Assembly: GCA_041178085.1 (NCBI GenBank)
Contig: JBEGVZ010000105.1
Location: 1 to 44,962 of the forward strand
Direction: 5' to 3'
DNA from: Pseudomonadota bacterium
Lineage (GTDB): Bacteria; Bdellovibrionota_B; Oligoflexia; Oligoflexales; RGVZ01
DNA: 44,962 bases
The position numbers were made by a program, and so were the translations under genes. Shown here piece by piece: positions 28,167 through 37,514 of the stretch. The number at the start of each line of letters is the position of its first letter. Positions within the stretch are counted from its first letter, which is position 1. The notes under the pieces were generated by a model that worked only from the letters and a program-made list of their open reading frames with translations, was not told the DNA's origin and ran no database searches.

Positions 28167-29345
28167 TCAGAGCGTTCTTTTGACCCGCCGGATCGTTTTA
28201 TCCAGCACGACGATCAACTTGGATACATCTGCCAAGGGATCGCCGCTGCCAAGGCTGATCCGGACGGAATTCAAGGCCACCCAGTCATCGTAACCCATGG
28301 CCTTCAGCACGTGACTGGGACGACCCACCCCGGATGAGCAGGCACTGCCGCTGGACGCTGCAATCCCGGCAAGATCCAGATTGAGCAAAATATCGTCGCC
28401 ACCCACGCCGGAAACGTGAAAGTTCAGGGTATTGGCGAGTCCCGCGGCAGGATCGCCGTGGACAACCGCGCCGGGAGTTCCGGCCAGGCCGCAAACCAGT
28501 TCCTTTTGCGCCTCACGCTGCAGGTCAACCCAGCGCTTCCACAATGCGCCGTCGTCAGCGGCAAGCTCCCGGGCACGAATACCAAAGGAAACGATCCCAG
28601 GAACATTTTCCGTACCGGGACGGCGGGATCTTTCCTGTCCGCCACCAATCATCAGCCCGTGCAATTTCGTGCCGGCCTTCAAGTAAAGGGCTCCGCAACC
28701 TTTGAAGGCACCAATCTTGTGCCCGGAAAAGGCGGCCGAATCGACGTTGCTGCTACCCTTTCCGATCCAGCTGCAGTCTAACTTGCCCAAGGCCTGGACC
28801 GCGTCGACATGAAAGTGAACCTTGGTGGCACGCGCCTTCACCGCCGCGGCAAGTTCCGCCACGGGCTGGATCGCGCCGGTTTCATTGTTTGCTGCCATGA
28901 TTGCAACCATGACAGTTTCTTCCCTGATCATGGACAGAAGCGCGTCAGACCGGATGACCCCATTGCCGTCGACAGGCGCCAGTTGCAACTGCACCAGCCC
29001 GCGGGCTGCAAGGACCTCCGCAAGCTCGATGACGGAAGGATGCTCCGTGGCCCCCACAACCACGTGAGCCCTTGCCCCGTTTACGAGTTTTGTCGCGTGG
29101 CCCGCAACACCCTGAATTGCCAGGTTGTTTGACTCAGTAGCACCCGAGGTAAAAACAAGTTCCTGCGGACGACAACCCAGCAGCGCCGAGACCGCCGTGC
29201 GCGCATCTTCGACCGCGACCTTTGCGCGCCGCCCGCTGGCATGCTGCGATGACGGATTGCCGTCAAACTTGCGCAGGGCTTCCATGACTGCCGCCAAGTG
29301 GGAATCCTCGAGCGGCCAAGTTGAATTGTAATCAGCAAAAATCAT
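28167..29345 (-). CDS. iscS: Group I (IscS/NifS-like) cysteine desulfurase
   Basis: DYNST, FTSGATESNN, NNETG, HVDAVQ, SGHK (PLP Lys), SSGSAC (catalytic Cys). Confidence 0.92.
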   Translation of the reverse strand: MIFADYNSTWPLEDSHLAAVMEALRKFDGNPSSQHASGRRAKVAVEDARTAVSALLGCRPQELVFTSGATESNNLAIQGVAGHATKLVNGARAHVVVGATEHPSVIELAEVLAARGLVQLQLAPVDGNGVIRSDALLSMIREETVMVAIMAANNETGAIQPVAELAAAVKARATKVHFHVDAVQALGKLDCSWIGKGSSNVDSAAFSGHKIGAFKGCGALYLKAGTKLHGLMIGGGQERSRRPGTENVPGIVSFGIRARELAADDGALWKRWVDLQREAQKELVCGLAGTPGAVVHGDPAAGLANTLNFHVSGVGGDDILLNLDLAGIAASSGSACSSGVGRPSHVLKAMGYDDWVALNSVRISLGSGDPLADVSKLIVVLDKTIRRVKRTL

Positions 29346-29357
29346 AAAAGCGGGATG

Positions 29358-30566
29358 TCATCCAAGACTGAGTACTTCACCCAGGACGCGCCGTCGCGCC
29401 GCGCGCAGCTGGGAACTCTTGTAGCGGCCGTGGGCAGCAGCCCCCTGGCTGTTTTGCGAATATGACTTAACATCCATGATCTGGATTTCAAACGGAAAGA
29501 ACGCCCGGGCGTCCAGCAACTGGTCCATGCCGCGCCATTCCTTGATGCCAGCAATCAGGTCACCCAACGCCTTTTCCCGCTGGCTCCCCCCCGCCTCCAG
29601 GCCCGTTAGCCAACCCAGGCTCGAGCCCCGGCCGCGGATCAATTGCCGACCCGTCAATTGGATCGATCGATAAGTGACTGCAGAGTGCGGATTGTCGGCG
29701 GTTTCTGCCGGTGCAGGCAGGGCCAGCCCATCCATCCGCCGGTTGAACTGGGCCGATGTCAACTTGCCGCTGAGCATCAACCCGCGGAGTTCATCCAGCT
29801 CGCGCCGGAAGGTATCAAGGTCGATCAAAGTATTGCGTGCCCGCGCCGGAATGCAGTTCGGGTAGCTGACAATTCCCAGATCGGTCAGCATACGGACGAC
29901 CAGCAGCGTGTCCGCCTGAGTGTGTGTGACCAGTCGCAATCCAACCAGGTCGTAAATGGTCTCTGCGACGTTGGCGCGCTTGTGCAAAAGTTTCAGCAGG
30001 ATCGACTGGCGCGACTTGGAATTCTTCCAGTCAAACTTGTGCAGCGGAACAACCACATCACCCTGACCAAACCCGGTCACCTTGCCGGACGTGTCGCGCT
30101 GAAGGAATTGTTCGAAGCGCGCACGAATCTGCTCCTTGGCCACGCCCACGTCAACGTGGCGATAAGAACCCTCGATATGGGCGATCGAGTGAGCAACGCG
30201 CAACACCGCACAGGCCCAGGCCCTCCGGGCCTTGTGCGGCTCGTCGTGCTCGGCCGCCCAGACCATCAACCAGCGCGGGTCATCGCAATTCAGAATTTCA
30301 TCTGGCGGGCGGTTGCCGGCCCGCCATTCACGCGGCATCAGTTCGCGCTCAATGAACGTCAAGGCTTCCACGATTGTGGCATGCATCATTCGTGCATCAG
30401 ACGGGTGGTCTGCGTCGTACCCGTAAGCCTGCAGGAAGCGGGTCGCATCCTGCATGGAGCCCACATACGTCGCATGGGTGTCGATCGAGGATTCCCCCCC
30501 GATCATCACATCCATGAGTGGCCAGCGAAATTGCCAGCGGGCTGCCATTTGCTTTTTTTCGTCCAT
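29358..30566 (-). CDS. TIGR04552/TIGR04562-like protein with RelA/SpoT synthetase-type motifs
   Basis: KSRQSILLKLLHK, IYDLVGLRLVT, NPHS..YRSIQ, FPFEIQI, AAHGRYK. Family assignment is from recall. Confidence 0.8.
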   Translation of the reverse strand: MDEKKQMAARWQFRWPLMDVMIGGESSIDTHATYVGSMQDATRFLQAYGYDADHPSDARMMHATIVEALTFIERELMPREWRAGNRPPDEILNCDDPRWLMVWAAEHDEPHKARRAWACAVLRVAHSIAHIEGSYRHVDVGVAKEQIRARFEQFLQRDTSGKVTGFGQGDVVVPLHKFDWKNSKSRQSILLKLLHKRANVAETIYDLVGLRLVTHTQADTLLVVRMLTDLGIVSYPNCIPARARNTLIDLDTFRRELDELRGLMLSGKLTSAQFNRRMDGLALPAPAETADNPHSAVTYRSIQLTGRQLIRGRGSSLGWLTGLEAGGSQREKALGDLIAGIKEWRGMDQLLDARAFFPFEIQIMDVKSYSQNSQGAAAHGRYKSSQLRAARRRVLGEVLSLG

Positions 30567-30607
30567 GCTACAATCAAGTGTAAGTGAACATCGGACCGGG
30601 GCCAAAC

Positions 30608-31276
30608 ATGTCGACCACAAACCTGCAATCAAACATCTTCAAGGGCCTTGCTCTTGCCATCGCCTTGGCCGTGGCCGGTCTGTCATTCGCACCGCCCGAC
30701 ACCCTGGCATCTGACACGAAAGCTGCCGAAAAGGACGCGAAGGGCAAAGGAGACAAGAAAAAGGGAGCCGGCGGTGGCAAAGACGGACCCGGCGCCAAGA
30801 AGGAAGAAGCCAAGCCCGAGAAGTCCAAGATGGAATGGACAGACGGGTACGTACACGAGTGGGTCCCGTTTCCCCTGTTCGGCGCGACGGCCCTGCCCTC
30901 TGGTGAAAAGTTTGATTTCAAGCCGGAACGCGGCCAGATGACCGTTGTTGTGATGGTGGCAACCTGGTGTGCCCCCTGCGTAAAATTGATGCCCGATATC
31001 CTGCGCCTGGAAGCCCGTACCGCGCGCTTGCCAGTTCGTTTCGTGCACGTTTTCACCCACGATACAAAACAGGACGCAACCGGTTTCATGGCCGAATACG
31101 GGATGAAGGCCGGCGTGCTGGCCAATCACGGCGTCCTTGAGGCTTTCAAGAACCCGGACCTGCCGGCGGTCTTTGTCTCCGACCGAAACAACTGGATGCT
31201 CATGCGTTACATCAAGGCGAAGCCAGCCGACCTGGCGGAAGTCGAAGAGTCGATCAAATACCTGACCGCAATCTGA
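30608..31276 (+). CDS. Exported TlpA-like thioredoxin-fold protein
   Basis: Signal peptide, Lys/Gly-rich linker, ATWCAPC, cis-Pro motif LPAVFV. Confidence 0.85.
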   Translation: MSTTNLQSNIFKGLALAIALAVAGLSFAPPDTLASDTKAAEKDAKGKGDKKKGAGGGKDGPGAKKEEAKPEKSKMEWTDGYVHEWVPFPLFGATALPSGEKFDFKPERGQMTVVVMVATWCAPCVKLMPDILRLEARTARLPVRFVHVFTHDTKQDATGFMAEYGMKAGVLANHGVLEAFKNPDLPAVFVSDRNNWMLMRYIKAKPADLAEVEESIKYLTAI

Positions 31277-31298
31277 CCGCTTTTTCGGTGAAAAAGCC

Positions 31299-32531
31299 TC
31301 AATGGGGCTTCGGGGTTGGCGCAGGGGTTGGCTCTTCTTCCTTTTTTTCTGGAAGCTTCTCCCGCGGCACCAGGAAATCAGGCTGACCCGAGATGCAAGT
31401 GAGCGGCAAGTACACATAAGCGAAGCGGTCAGCTCCGTGGCACTCGATCAGCCCGCCCTCAGGAAACTCCGCGCTTGATGTCTCGTAGGAATAACGACAT
31501 TCACCAATCATCCCGGGCGGCAAAGCTCCGTCTGGCATGAAGTTGCCAGATGGCATCACGAAAGTGTTGTACCGGGAAATCTTCCAGGAAAAGTCCATGG
31601 CGGTGAAAGGCCCTTTGGAAGGTTCAGGCGTCGGAGGCGGTGTGGCCTTGGCTTTTTTTGCGGGCTTTTTTTGTCCACCGCCGTGGCCATCGTCCGCTTT
31701 ATCCGCCTTTTCAGGATTATCCTTGACCGGCGGCTTGACCTTGCCTGCTTTTATGTCCGCCTCGAGCTTGGCCGCTTCGCGTGCTTCCCGGACTTTGCTT
31801 CTGCGTTTTGCCGCACGGTAACCAAAGCCGCCCTTAACGATCGGCACATCACCTGTGTCGAGGTTTATCTGCGGTCCCGGATCCACCGGCATGTCGGTCG
31901 GCGGAAAGCGGATGAACCATCGTTCACCGGTGAACAAGTCGACAAACACGCGGCGTCCCATGTCGGCAGATTTCGTGGCCGTGCACCCTCGCACATAAAG
32001 GGGCGTTGATTCAGCCGGCAGCTTGATCCCGTTTGGAATGACAAACGCGACCCGGTAGGGGGTTGCCCAAGACAGACGCGTTCCCTGGTCATCGGGACCG
32101 GTCGTGGCGACAGCATTGATCTCGCCAAACTCATCCATGTCCCCAAGACGGAAAACCACGTCTCCCGGTTTGCAGAGCTTGGTTACGTCATGCCGCGACT
32201 GGGGGTCTGAGTCAGGGCTTTGGATTTCCACCTTCAGACACCGCCCCTTTGGCGGATTGACCCTGATGTAACCGCGCAAACGATCCGGACTGATTTTTTG
32301 GCCGGCAATGATCTCCTGCTTCTCGGGCGATTCCAGAACAGCCTTTTCCCCGGGCTTAGGATCGAAGTAAGCACTCAGCGCAGACACCCGGTCCCCCTCA
32401 TGCATTTGCAGGAAGTCGCGTGGCAAGACGGTAACTGCGCGCGCCGATCCGGCACCGGCCCAAACTGGACCAGGCTGAAAAAAGAGAGCCAGAAAAACTG
32501 CGACCGCGGACATCACGCCTTGCGATTTCAA
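31299..32531 (-). CDS. Secreted hypothetical protein with Lys/Pro-rich insertion
   Basis: Signal peptide and a long ORF abutting the stop of the upstream TolB-like gene; no recognisable motif. Confidence 0.75.
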   Translation of the reverse strand: MKSQGVMSAVAVFLALFFQPGPVWAGAGSARAVTVLPRDFLQMHEGDRVSALSAYFDPKPGEKAVLESPEKQEIIAGQKISPDRLRGYIRVNPPKGRCLKVEIQSPDSDPQSRHDVTKLCKPGDVVFRLGDMDEFGEINAVATTGPDDQGTRLSWATPYRVAFVIPNGIKLPAESTPLYVRGCTATKSADMGRRVFVDLFTGERWFIRFPPTDMPVDPGPQINLDTGDVPIVKGGFGYRAAKRRSKVREAREAAKLEADIKAGKVKPPVKDNPEKADKADDGHGGGQKKPAKKAKATPPPTPEPSKGPFTAMDFSWKISRYNTFVMPSGNFMPDGALPPGMIGECRYSYETSSAEFPEGGLIECHGADRFAYVYLPLTCISGQPDFLVPREKLPEKKEEEPTPAPTPKPH

Positions 32532-33482
32532 TCAGCGCTCCTGTTCCAGCAGGAAAATATCGGTTGTCCGCGCAACGGTATAAAACAATCCCTTACCCCC
32601 GGGACGCCACTGCGGCCATCGTTCATCCGAAAAAGGTGTCTGCGTTAAAAAACGACGATCCCGATCATCGGCAACCTTCAGGTCGTACCCGGTGATTTTC
32701 TCGCCCGTCATGCGTGCTCCGGCATAGACCAGCTCCGCGCGTTCCGGATGCCACGCGGGATCGCGTCCCCGGTCCACCATTTCCGCCGGCTTGCCTTCGT
32801 AGCTGCGGTAAATGTGACCGGACTCCGTCGCCCAGGCGATGGCTGAACCATCAGGACTCATCGAGAAGGACTCAACGGCTGCACCATCATCTTCGATCCG
32901 GGTCATTCGCTCGCCGCCACGGTCAAACCAGAGAATTCCCTTCGCGGTGGCGACATACTTTCCTTTGCTGTCCTTCTGGCGATGCTCAAGTTGCCACTTG
33001 GCAAGGCGGTCATCCGGATAGGTCAGCTCCACAGAAGTCACGCCAGCTGGCGAAAAGACATGGGCACCGAGGGTCCTTGCATCCAAGGTCGGGAATCCGG
33101 TTGCGGCAGCAATCTTGCGTACTGTCTTCGTGCGCCCCAGAGCCGCATCGTAAACATCGATATCCGTCCCGCTTTCCTGGTCTGGACGGGCAAAAATCAA
33201 ACGAAATCCATCTGGGGCCCAGGTGAAAACCGGACCGGCAGCAACCCGCTTCGCCACCGTGTCCACAGATGAATCCCTCAGGTCGAGCACCTTGATGGAT
33301 TCATTGGCCCGGTACGCCAGAAATCGCCCCTTCGGATCCAGGCGCAGCACTTCGGGGGGTTCCGCAAGGCGCATGACGGCCTTGGGTGCAACAGGTTGAA
33401 CGGCCCCACCTGCAGGCGACGCTAGCAGCAGCGCGACAGGAACACTGCGGAGCACAAAATAAACTGTATTAAAAACAGGCAC
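32532..33482 (-). CDS. Periplasmic TolB-like (PD40) beta-propeller protein
   Basis: Repeats DPKGRFLAY, WAPDGFRLIF, SPDGSAIAW, PAWHPERAELVY, PQWRPGGKGLFY. GTG 33482 follows GGGAGG (alternative ATG 33518). Confidence 0.8.
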   Translation of the reverse strand: MPVFNTVYFVLRSVPVALLLASPAGGAVQPVAPKAVMRLAEPPEVLRLDPKGRFLAYRANESIKVLDLRDSSVDTVAKRVAAGPVFTWAPDGFRLIFARPDQESGTDIDVYDAALGRTKTVRKIAAATGFPTLDARTLGAHVFSPAGVTSVELTYPDDRLAKWQLEHRQKDSKGKYVATAKGILWFDRGGERMTRIEDDGAAVESFSMSPDGSAIAWATESGHIYRSYEGKPAEMVDRGRDPAWHPERAELVYAGARMTGEKITGYDLKVADDRDRRFLTQTPFSDERWPQWRPGGKGLFYTVARTTDIFLLEQER

Positions 33483-33611
33483 TTTCAAACCTCCCCGACG
33501 GAATCCCGCGGTCTGCATGGCGTGTTACGGGCTCGAAATCTTCACGCCTCAAGTTTTTCGCTAGAAATTCCGTAATAATAGTATTGTGGAAAGAAAGGCC
33601 GGAGGGAACCC

Positions 33612-34004
33612 ATGAGAATCTTTACTAAAACCAGAAAATCCAGTTTTTCAACTGTGTTTTCGGGGACTTGGATTGCCGCAGCCGTTTCAGGAGCCTTCTC
33701 GTTAGCTTTCGCGACAGCTTTCTTGGCCGCGACTCTGCCAGTTCCAGACGCCTTGGCGAAAAAAGGCGGTGCGCGGGAAAAATTCATTACCCGCGAGGCC
33801 AAGTCCGCAAAAGCCGGCAAGGCAGGCGACAAGACCAAGGTGAACTTCGATGAAGTGGACATCAGTGGTCAGCGCAAGACCCCGCTCGGGGACATGGTGA
33901 ACAACAACCGGCTCAAGAAGGATTACGACTTCATCAAAATCCGTCAGCGCTGGCACCCGGAGATGATCGAGTCGGCCGCCAGCTTGGAATCAGGTGCGCG
34001 CTAA
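33612..34004 (+). CDS. CglF/GltF-like exported protein (gliding-motility OM accessory family)
   Basis: C-terminal KVNFDEVDISG..PLG..FIKIRQRWHPEMIESA follows the GltF pattern (IDFE..IEG..P.G..LIRIRE.F...M.S) as I recall it; SD GGAGG. Confidence 0.65.
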   Translation: MRIFTKTRKSSFSTVFSGTWIAAAVSGAFSLAFATAFLAATLPVPDALAKKGGAREKFITREAKSAKAGKAGDKTKVNFDEVDISGQRKTPLGDMVNNNRLKKDYDFIKIRQRWHPEMIESAASLESGAR

Positions 34005-34048
34005 ACCGTCGAGAATCCCGGGCAACCTCAAGAAATCGCCTTTTTAGC

Positions 34049-34075
34049 TTAAGTTTCCGGACAGTTGACCGATTC
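34049..34075 (+). promoter_or_regulatory. Sigma28/FliA-like promoter
   Basis: TTAAGTTT-N11-ACCGATTC. Confidence 0.45.
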
Positions 34076-34098
34076 CCCCTCCAAGGGGGAATTTTTTT
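34072..34098 (+). terminator. Rho-independent terminator overlapping the SD and start codon of the next gene
   Basis: ATTCCCCCT-CCA-AGGGGGAAT followed by a T run. Confidence 0.6.
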
Positions 34099-35293
34099 GC
34101 GCCTCAATCCGACCCTCATTGCTGCAACCGTCACCACACTGCTGGAGCTGGCCGCGGGTGCCGCTGCCTTTGGCCAGAGTGACGCTGAAGAACCGGCTGG
34201 AACCGCGCAAACTGTGATCGACGACGGGGCATTCCCGTCGGCTCGCGCAGCGGCGCTGGGCGGCTCCATCGCCAGCATGGCTGATGACATCGATGCCGCC
34301 GGTCAGAACCCGGCTGGAATTGGCGGCTTTGGCTTCGGTAAAAATGCAAAGCTGCCGCTCGCGCGCAAGGTCTACTTTCCGCACATATCCCTTGGCGCAA
34401 ACGCCAATTCCTACTCTCTGCACCGTTCCGCCCGGAAGCAGGAGGCCTCTGACGACCCGGCCCTGGCGAAATCACTGCTGGGGGCCGCCGACGGTAAAAG
34501 ACAGTACTTCCGCAACCATGTCAGCATGGGCATGATCGTCGGCCGGTTTCTTCTGCTCCCCTACTACGACCAGCAGCTTGCGGCCGTCGGTACAGCCGAC
34601 GAAACCGGCCAGGTATCTTCCATCGCGACCCGCTACCGCACCCGGTCAGGCTTTGCTTTTGGCGGCAGCTTCACGGACCCGAAAGGGATGTTGAGCATCG
34701 GCTTCATGAGCAACACCTTCAACCAGTCGGACGTCGAGGGCGACGCGACCTACGAGCAAATCATCGAGAAGTCCAAACGCAACGCATTCATCGAAGAAAA
34801 CTCAAAAAAATACTCCGCCACCGACAACAGCGTTGGGATGATGTGGCGGATATCGGAAAAATTCGCGCCGACCCTTGGCGTCACCCTGCAACACTCCAAC
34901 GGCACTCGCTACCAGACTTCCACCGAAGGTGCTGAGCCCTTCACCCAGGAACAAGACATGACGATCGGCTTCAGCGTCACTCCGAAAAACTCGGGCGACG
35001 TGCGGATTTCCCTGTGTGTTGAGGCCGACCGCCTGATGCAGGATGAAGTCACCGTCAGCAAAAAGCTGCACACCGGCGCCGAGATGCGCCTTGGGACCCT
35101 GCCGGGCAGTTATGCCGGCGTTGCACTGCGTGTGGGTTACGAAAGCGCGGGGCCAAGTATGGGTCTGTTCCTCAATGGCGGCTTGCTCAATGTTGAAATT
35201 TCCTCGCGGGCCGTGGATATTGGCTCAGGCAATGACCGCGTGATCGAACGCCGCCTGAACGGCACTGCTTTCGTCAACGTGGCTGAATTTTAG
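34097..35293 (+). CDS. Outer-membrane beta-barrel (FadL/PorV/TraF-like N-terminus)
   Basis: SARAAALGGSIASMADDIDAAGQNPAGI plug motif, amphipathic strands, terminal Phe. Confidence 0.75.
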   Translation: MRLNPTLIAATVTTLLELAAGAAAFGQSDAEEPAGTAQTVIDDGAFPSARAAALGGSIASMADDIDAAGQNPAGIGGFGFGKNAKLPLARKVYFPHISLGANANSYSLHRSARKQEASDDPALAKSLLGAADGKRQYFRNHVSMGMIVGRFLLLPYYDQQLAAVGTADETGQVSSIATRYRTRSGFAFGGSFTDPKGMLSIGFMSNTFNQSDVEGDATYEQIIEKSKRNAFIEENSKKYSATDNSVGMMWRISEKFAPTLGVTLQHSNGTRYQTSTEGAEPFTQEQDMTIGFSVTPKNSGDVRISLCVEADRLMQDEVTVSKKLHTGAEMRLGTLPGSYAGVALRVGYESAGPSMGLFLNGGLLNVEISSRAVDIGSGNDRVIERRLNGTAFVNVAEF

Positions 35294-35328
35294 GACACGG
35301 TCACCTGGACCAAGAACCAGAAAAACTG

Positions 35329-35970
35329 ATGCGCATTCGCGGGGCTGGATTTGCCTGGCCTGGCAGATCCCTGTTTAAAGGCATCGACCTGAACCTGGCC
35401 GCAGGCGAACTGGTTCACCTGCGCGGGGCCAATGGCACCGGCAAATCCACATTCATGCGCATTTGCGCCGGCTTGCTTGAACCCGCGAGCGGAACCATTG
35501 ACTGCACCCCCGGTATTTTTGAATACCTGCCGGCAGAGAATAACGGTTTCCACTTGAAGCTTGGTGCGGCCGACAACCTCAGGTTCTGGCGGACGCTTCG
35601 CACCGGAAAAACCTGCACAGATGCGGAAATTCTGGCCCTGCTCCGGCGCTGGAGCCTTGCCCATCCGCTGGTAGCGGGAACCGGGGCATTTCGCGGCGTG
35701 CTTCCGGTTGCCAAGTTTTCAACCGGCATGAAACGGCGTCTGGCGCTTGCGCGCCTGGAACTTGATGGCGCGCGCCTGTGGTTGCTTGATGAGCCAGTCT
35801 CAGGCCTTGATGAAGAAGCGGTTGCAACATTCAAGGATGCCCTTGAAAAGCACCTGTCGTCCGGAGGCGCCGCACTGGTGATTTCCCACGACACCCGGGT
35901 GTTTACTGGCCTGCAATACCGGACGCTGGATCTTACGGGCGGCGGCCAGCCGGCAAGGCGGGGGGGATGA
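35329..35970 (+). CDS. ccmA: Heme export ABC ATPase CcmA
   Basis: GANGTGKST, FSTGMKRRLALARL, WLLDEP; first gene of the ccm cluster. Confidence 0.88.
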   Translation: MRIRGAGFAWPGRSLFKGIDLNLAAGELVHLRGANGTGKSTFMRICAGLLEPASGTIDCTPGIFEYLPAENNGFHLKLGAADNLRFWRTLRTGKTCTDAEILALLRRWSLAHPLVAGTGAFRGVLPVAKFSTGMKRRLALARLELDGARLWLLDEPVSGLDEEAVATFKDALEKHLSSGGAALVISHDTRVFTGLQYRTLDLTGGGQPARRGG

Positions 35971-36659
35971 TGAACAACTTCCTCCTGATCTTCCGCCAGA
36001 CATTGCGGGCCGAGTTTGCCGACCGCGAACGTCTGCTCTCGCCACTCCTGTTTGCCCTGGTGATCCTGGTCATGCTTGCCTTCACCTTTGGGGAACCCCC
36101 GGCCGAAAACCGCCCCGCAGCCTTCGTCGCCCAGGTTTTTTTGAGCCTGGTCCTTGCGACCCAAACCGCTCTGGCACGCGCCTTCGACCCTGAGCAACAG
36201 GACCGCGCATTCGACCTGCTCCGGGCTTCGCCGGTCGACCCGGCTGCGATTTTTATGGCCAAGCTGCTGGTAGTCCTTCTGCAGGGCGTTTCGATCCTGG
36301 TTCCAGCGACTGTGGTCAGCGCACTTTTTTGCGGACTCGAGGTCCCGGGCGCCGCCCTGGTCAAATTCTCAGGTCTCTCCCTGCTCACGATCACCGGACT
36401 TGGCAGCCTTGGGGTTACCCTTGCCGCGATGACCCTCAAGGCCCATGCGCGCACCGTCCTGTTTCCGCTGCTTTATTTCCCGCTGGCCACCCCCCTGTTG
36501 CTGGCCGGGACCCAAGGGGGCATTGCCATCATCAGCCCCGAAAGTGTCCCCGTCGCCGGGGCCATGGCGGGAAGCTGGGTGGTGGTGTCGCTGGCAGCCA
36601 ACACAATCTTCCTGACGCTGGGGATTTTGCTGTTTGGCGAATTGGTGAAAAGCGATTAA
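35967..36659 (+). CDS. ccmB: Heme exporter permease CcmB
   Basis: Hydrophobic protein, LFPLLYFPLATP motif, context. Confidence 0.88.
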   Translation: MMNNFLLIFRQTLRAEFADRERLLSPLLFALVILVMLAFTFGEPPAENRPAAFVAQVFLSLVLATQTALARAFDPEQQDRAFDLLRASPVDPAAIFMAKLLVVLLQGVSILVPATVVSALFCGLEVPGAALVKFSGLSLLTITGLGSLGVTLAAMTLKAHARTVLFPLLYFPLATPLLLAGTQGGIAIISPESVPVAGAMAGSWVVVSLAANTIFLTLGILLFGELVKSD

Positions 36660-36669
36660 TAACAGCCCC

Positions 36670-37359
36670 ATGGCGATTTCAGGATCGATCAAAATGAAAC
36701 TTGCGGGGATTGCACTGTGGACGGGGCTGCTGGCCGTCTGGGCAGCTGCGATTGCATTTGTGCCGGCGGATGCCGCTCAGGGCGAAGTCTATCGGATCAT
36801 CTACCTTCATGTACCGTCAGCGATATCGGCCTTCGCGTCTTGCTTTCTGCTCGCTGTCGCCGGAGTGTTTGCGCTCTGGACCAGAAACCAGAATTACCTC
36901 ACATGGCAGAGGGGCCTTGCTGAGGCCGGCCTGTTGATGACCGCCCTTGCGCTGCTCACAGGCTCCATCTGGGGCAAGCCCACCTGGGGAACCTGGTGGA
37001 CCTGGGACGCGCGGCTGACGACCACATTCCTCCTGGCCATCCTGCTGGCAGCTTGGTTGATGCTCCATGGAGCCTTGCCGTCTGGACGCCAGAGGTTGGC
37101 CGTTTGCTCCGGACTTTCGATCTTCGTCTTTGCTGACGTTCCAATCATCTACAAGAGTGTGACCTGGTGGCGGACCTTGCATCAGCCTCCAACGATCATC
37201 CGCTCGGGCGGTTCTACCATGGCGCCTGAAATGCTCGCCCTGCTCGTCAGCGGAATCGTGATCACGGCAGCAATGACCGTCTGGCTGGCCTGGGTACGAA
37301 CCGACAGCCTGAAAATGGCAGAAAAACTTGAAAACCAGACAGGAGCTGCTTTCGAATGA
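36670..37359 (+). CDS. ccmC: Heme exporter CcmC
   Basis: YLHVP, WWD domain TGSIWGKPTWGTWWTWDARLT, RTLHQP. Confidence 0.95.
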   Translation: MAISGSIKMKLAGIALWTGLLAVWAAAIAFVPADAAQGEVYRIIYLHVPSAISAFASCFLLAVAGVFALWTRNQNYLTWQRGLAEAGLLMTALALLTGSIWGKPTWGTWWTWDARLTTTFLLAILLAAWLMLHGALPSGRQRLAVCSGLSIFVFADVPIIYKSVTWWRTLHQPPTIIRSGGSTMAPEMLALLVSGIVITAAMTVWLAWVRTDSLKMAEKLENQTGAAFE

Positions 37360-37514
37360 ACACAGATCCCTGGCCGTTTGTTTTTGCCGCTTACGCTTGC
37401 GGGTTCGCCCTGATCGGTGGTTACACCTGGTGGGCAGTACGAGAAAAGCGACGCCTCCAAAAAATGCTCGATACGCTCCTTGATACGATCAAGGCAGAGG
37501 TCACTGGATCATGA
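37356..37514 (+). CDS. ccmD: CcmD (52 aa), below the ORF-track cutoff
   Basis: MNTDPWPFVFAAYACGFALIGGYTWWAVREKRRLQKMLD...; FVxxAY plus a TM helix and charged tail; ATGA overlaps with both ccmC and ccmE. Confidence 0.85.
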   Translation: MNTDPWPFVFAAYACGFALIGGYTWWAVREKRRLQKMLDTLLDTIKAEVTGS

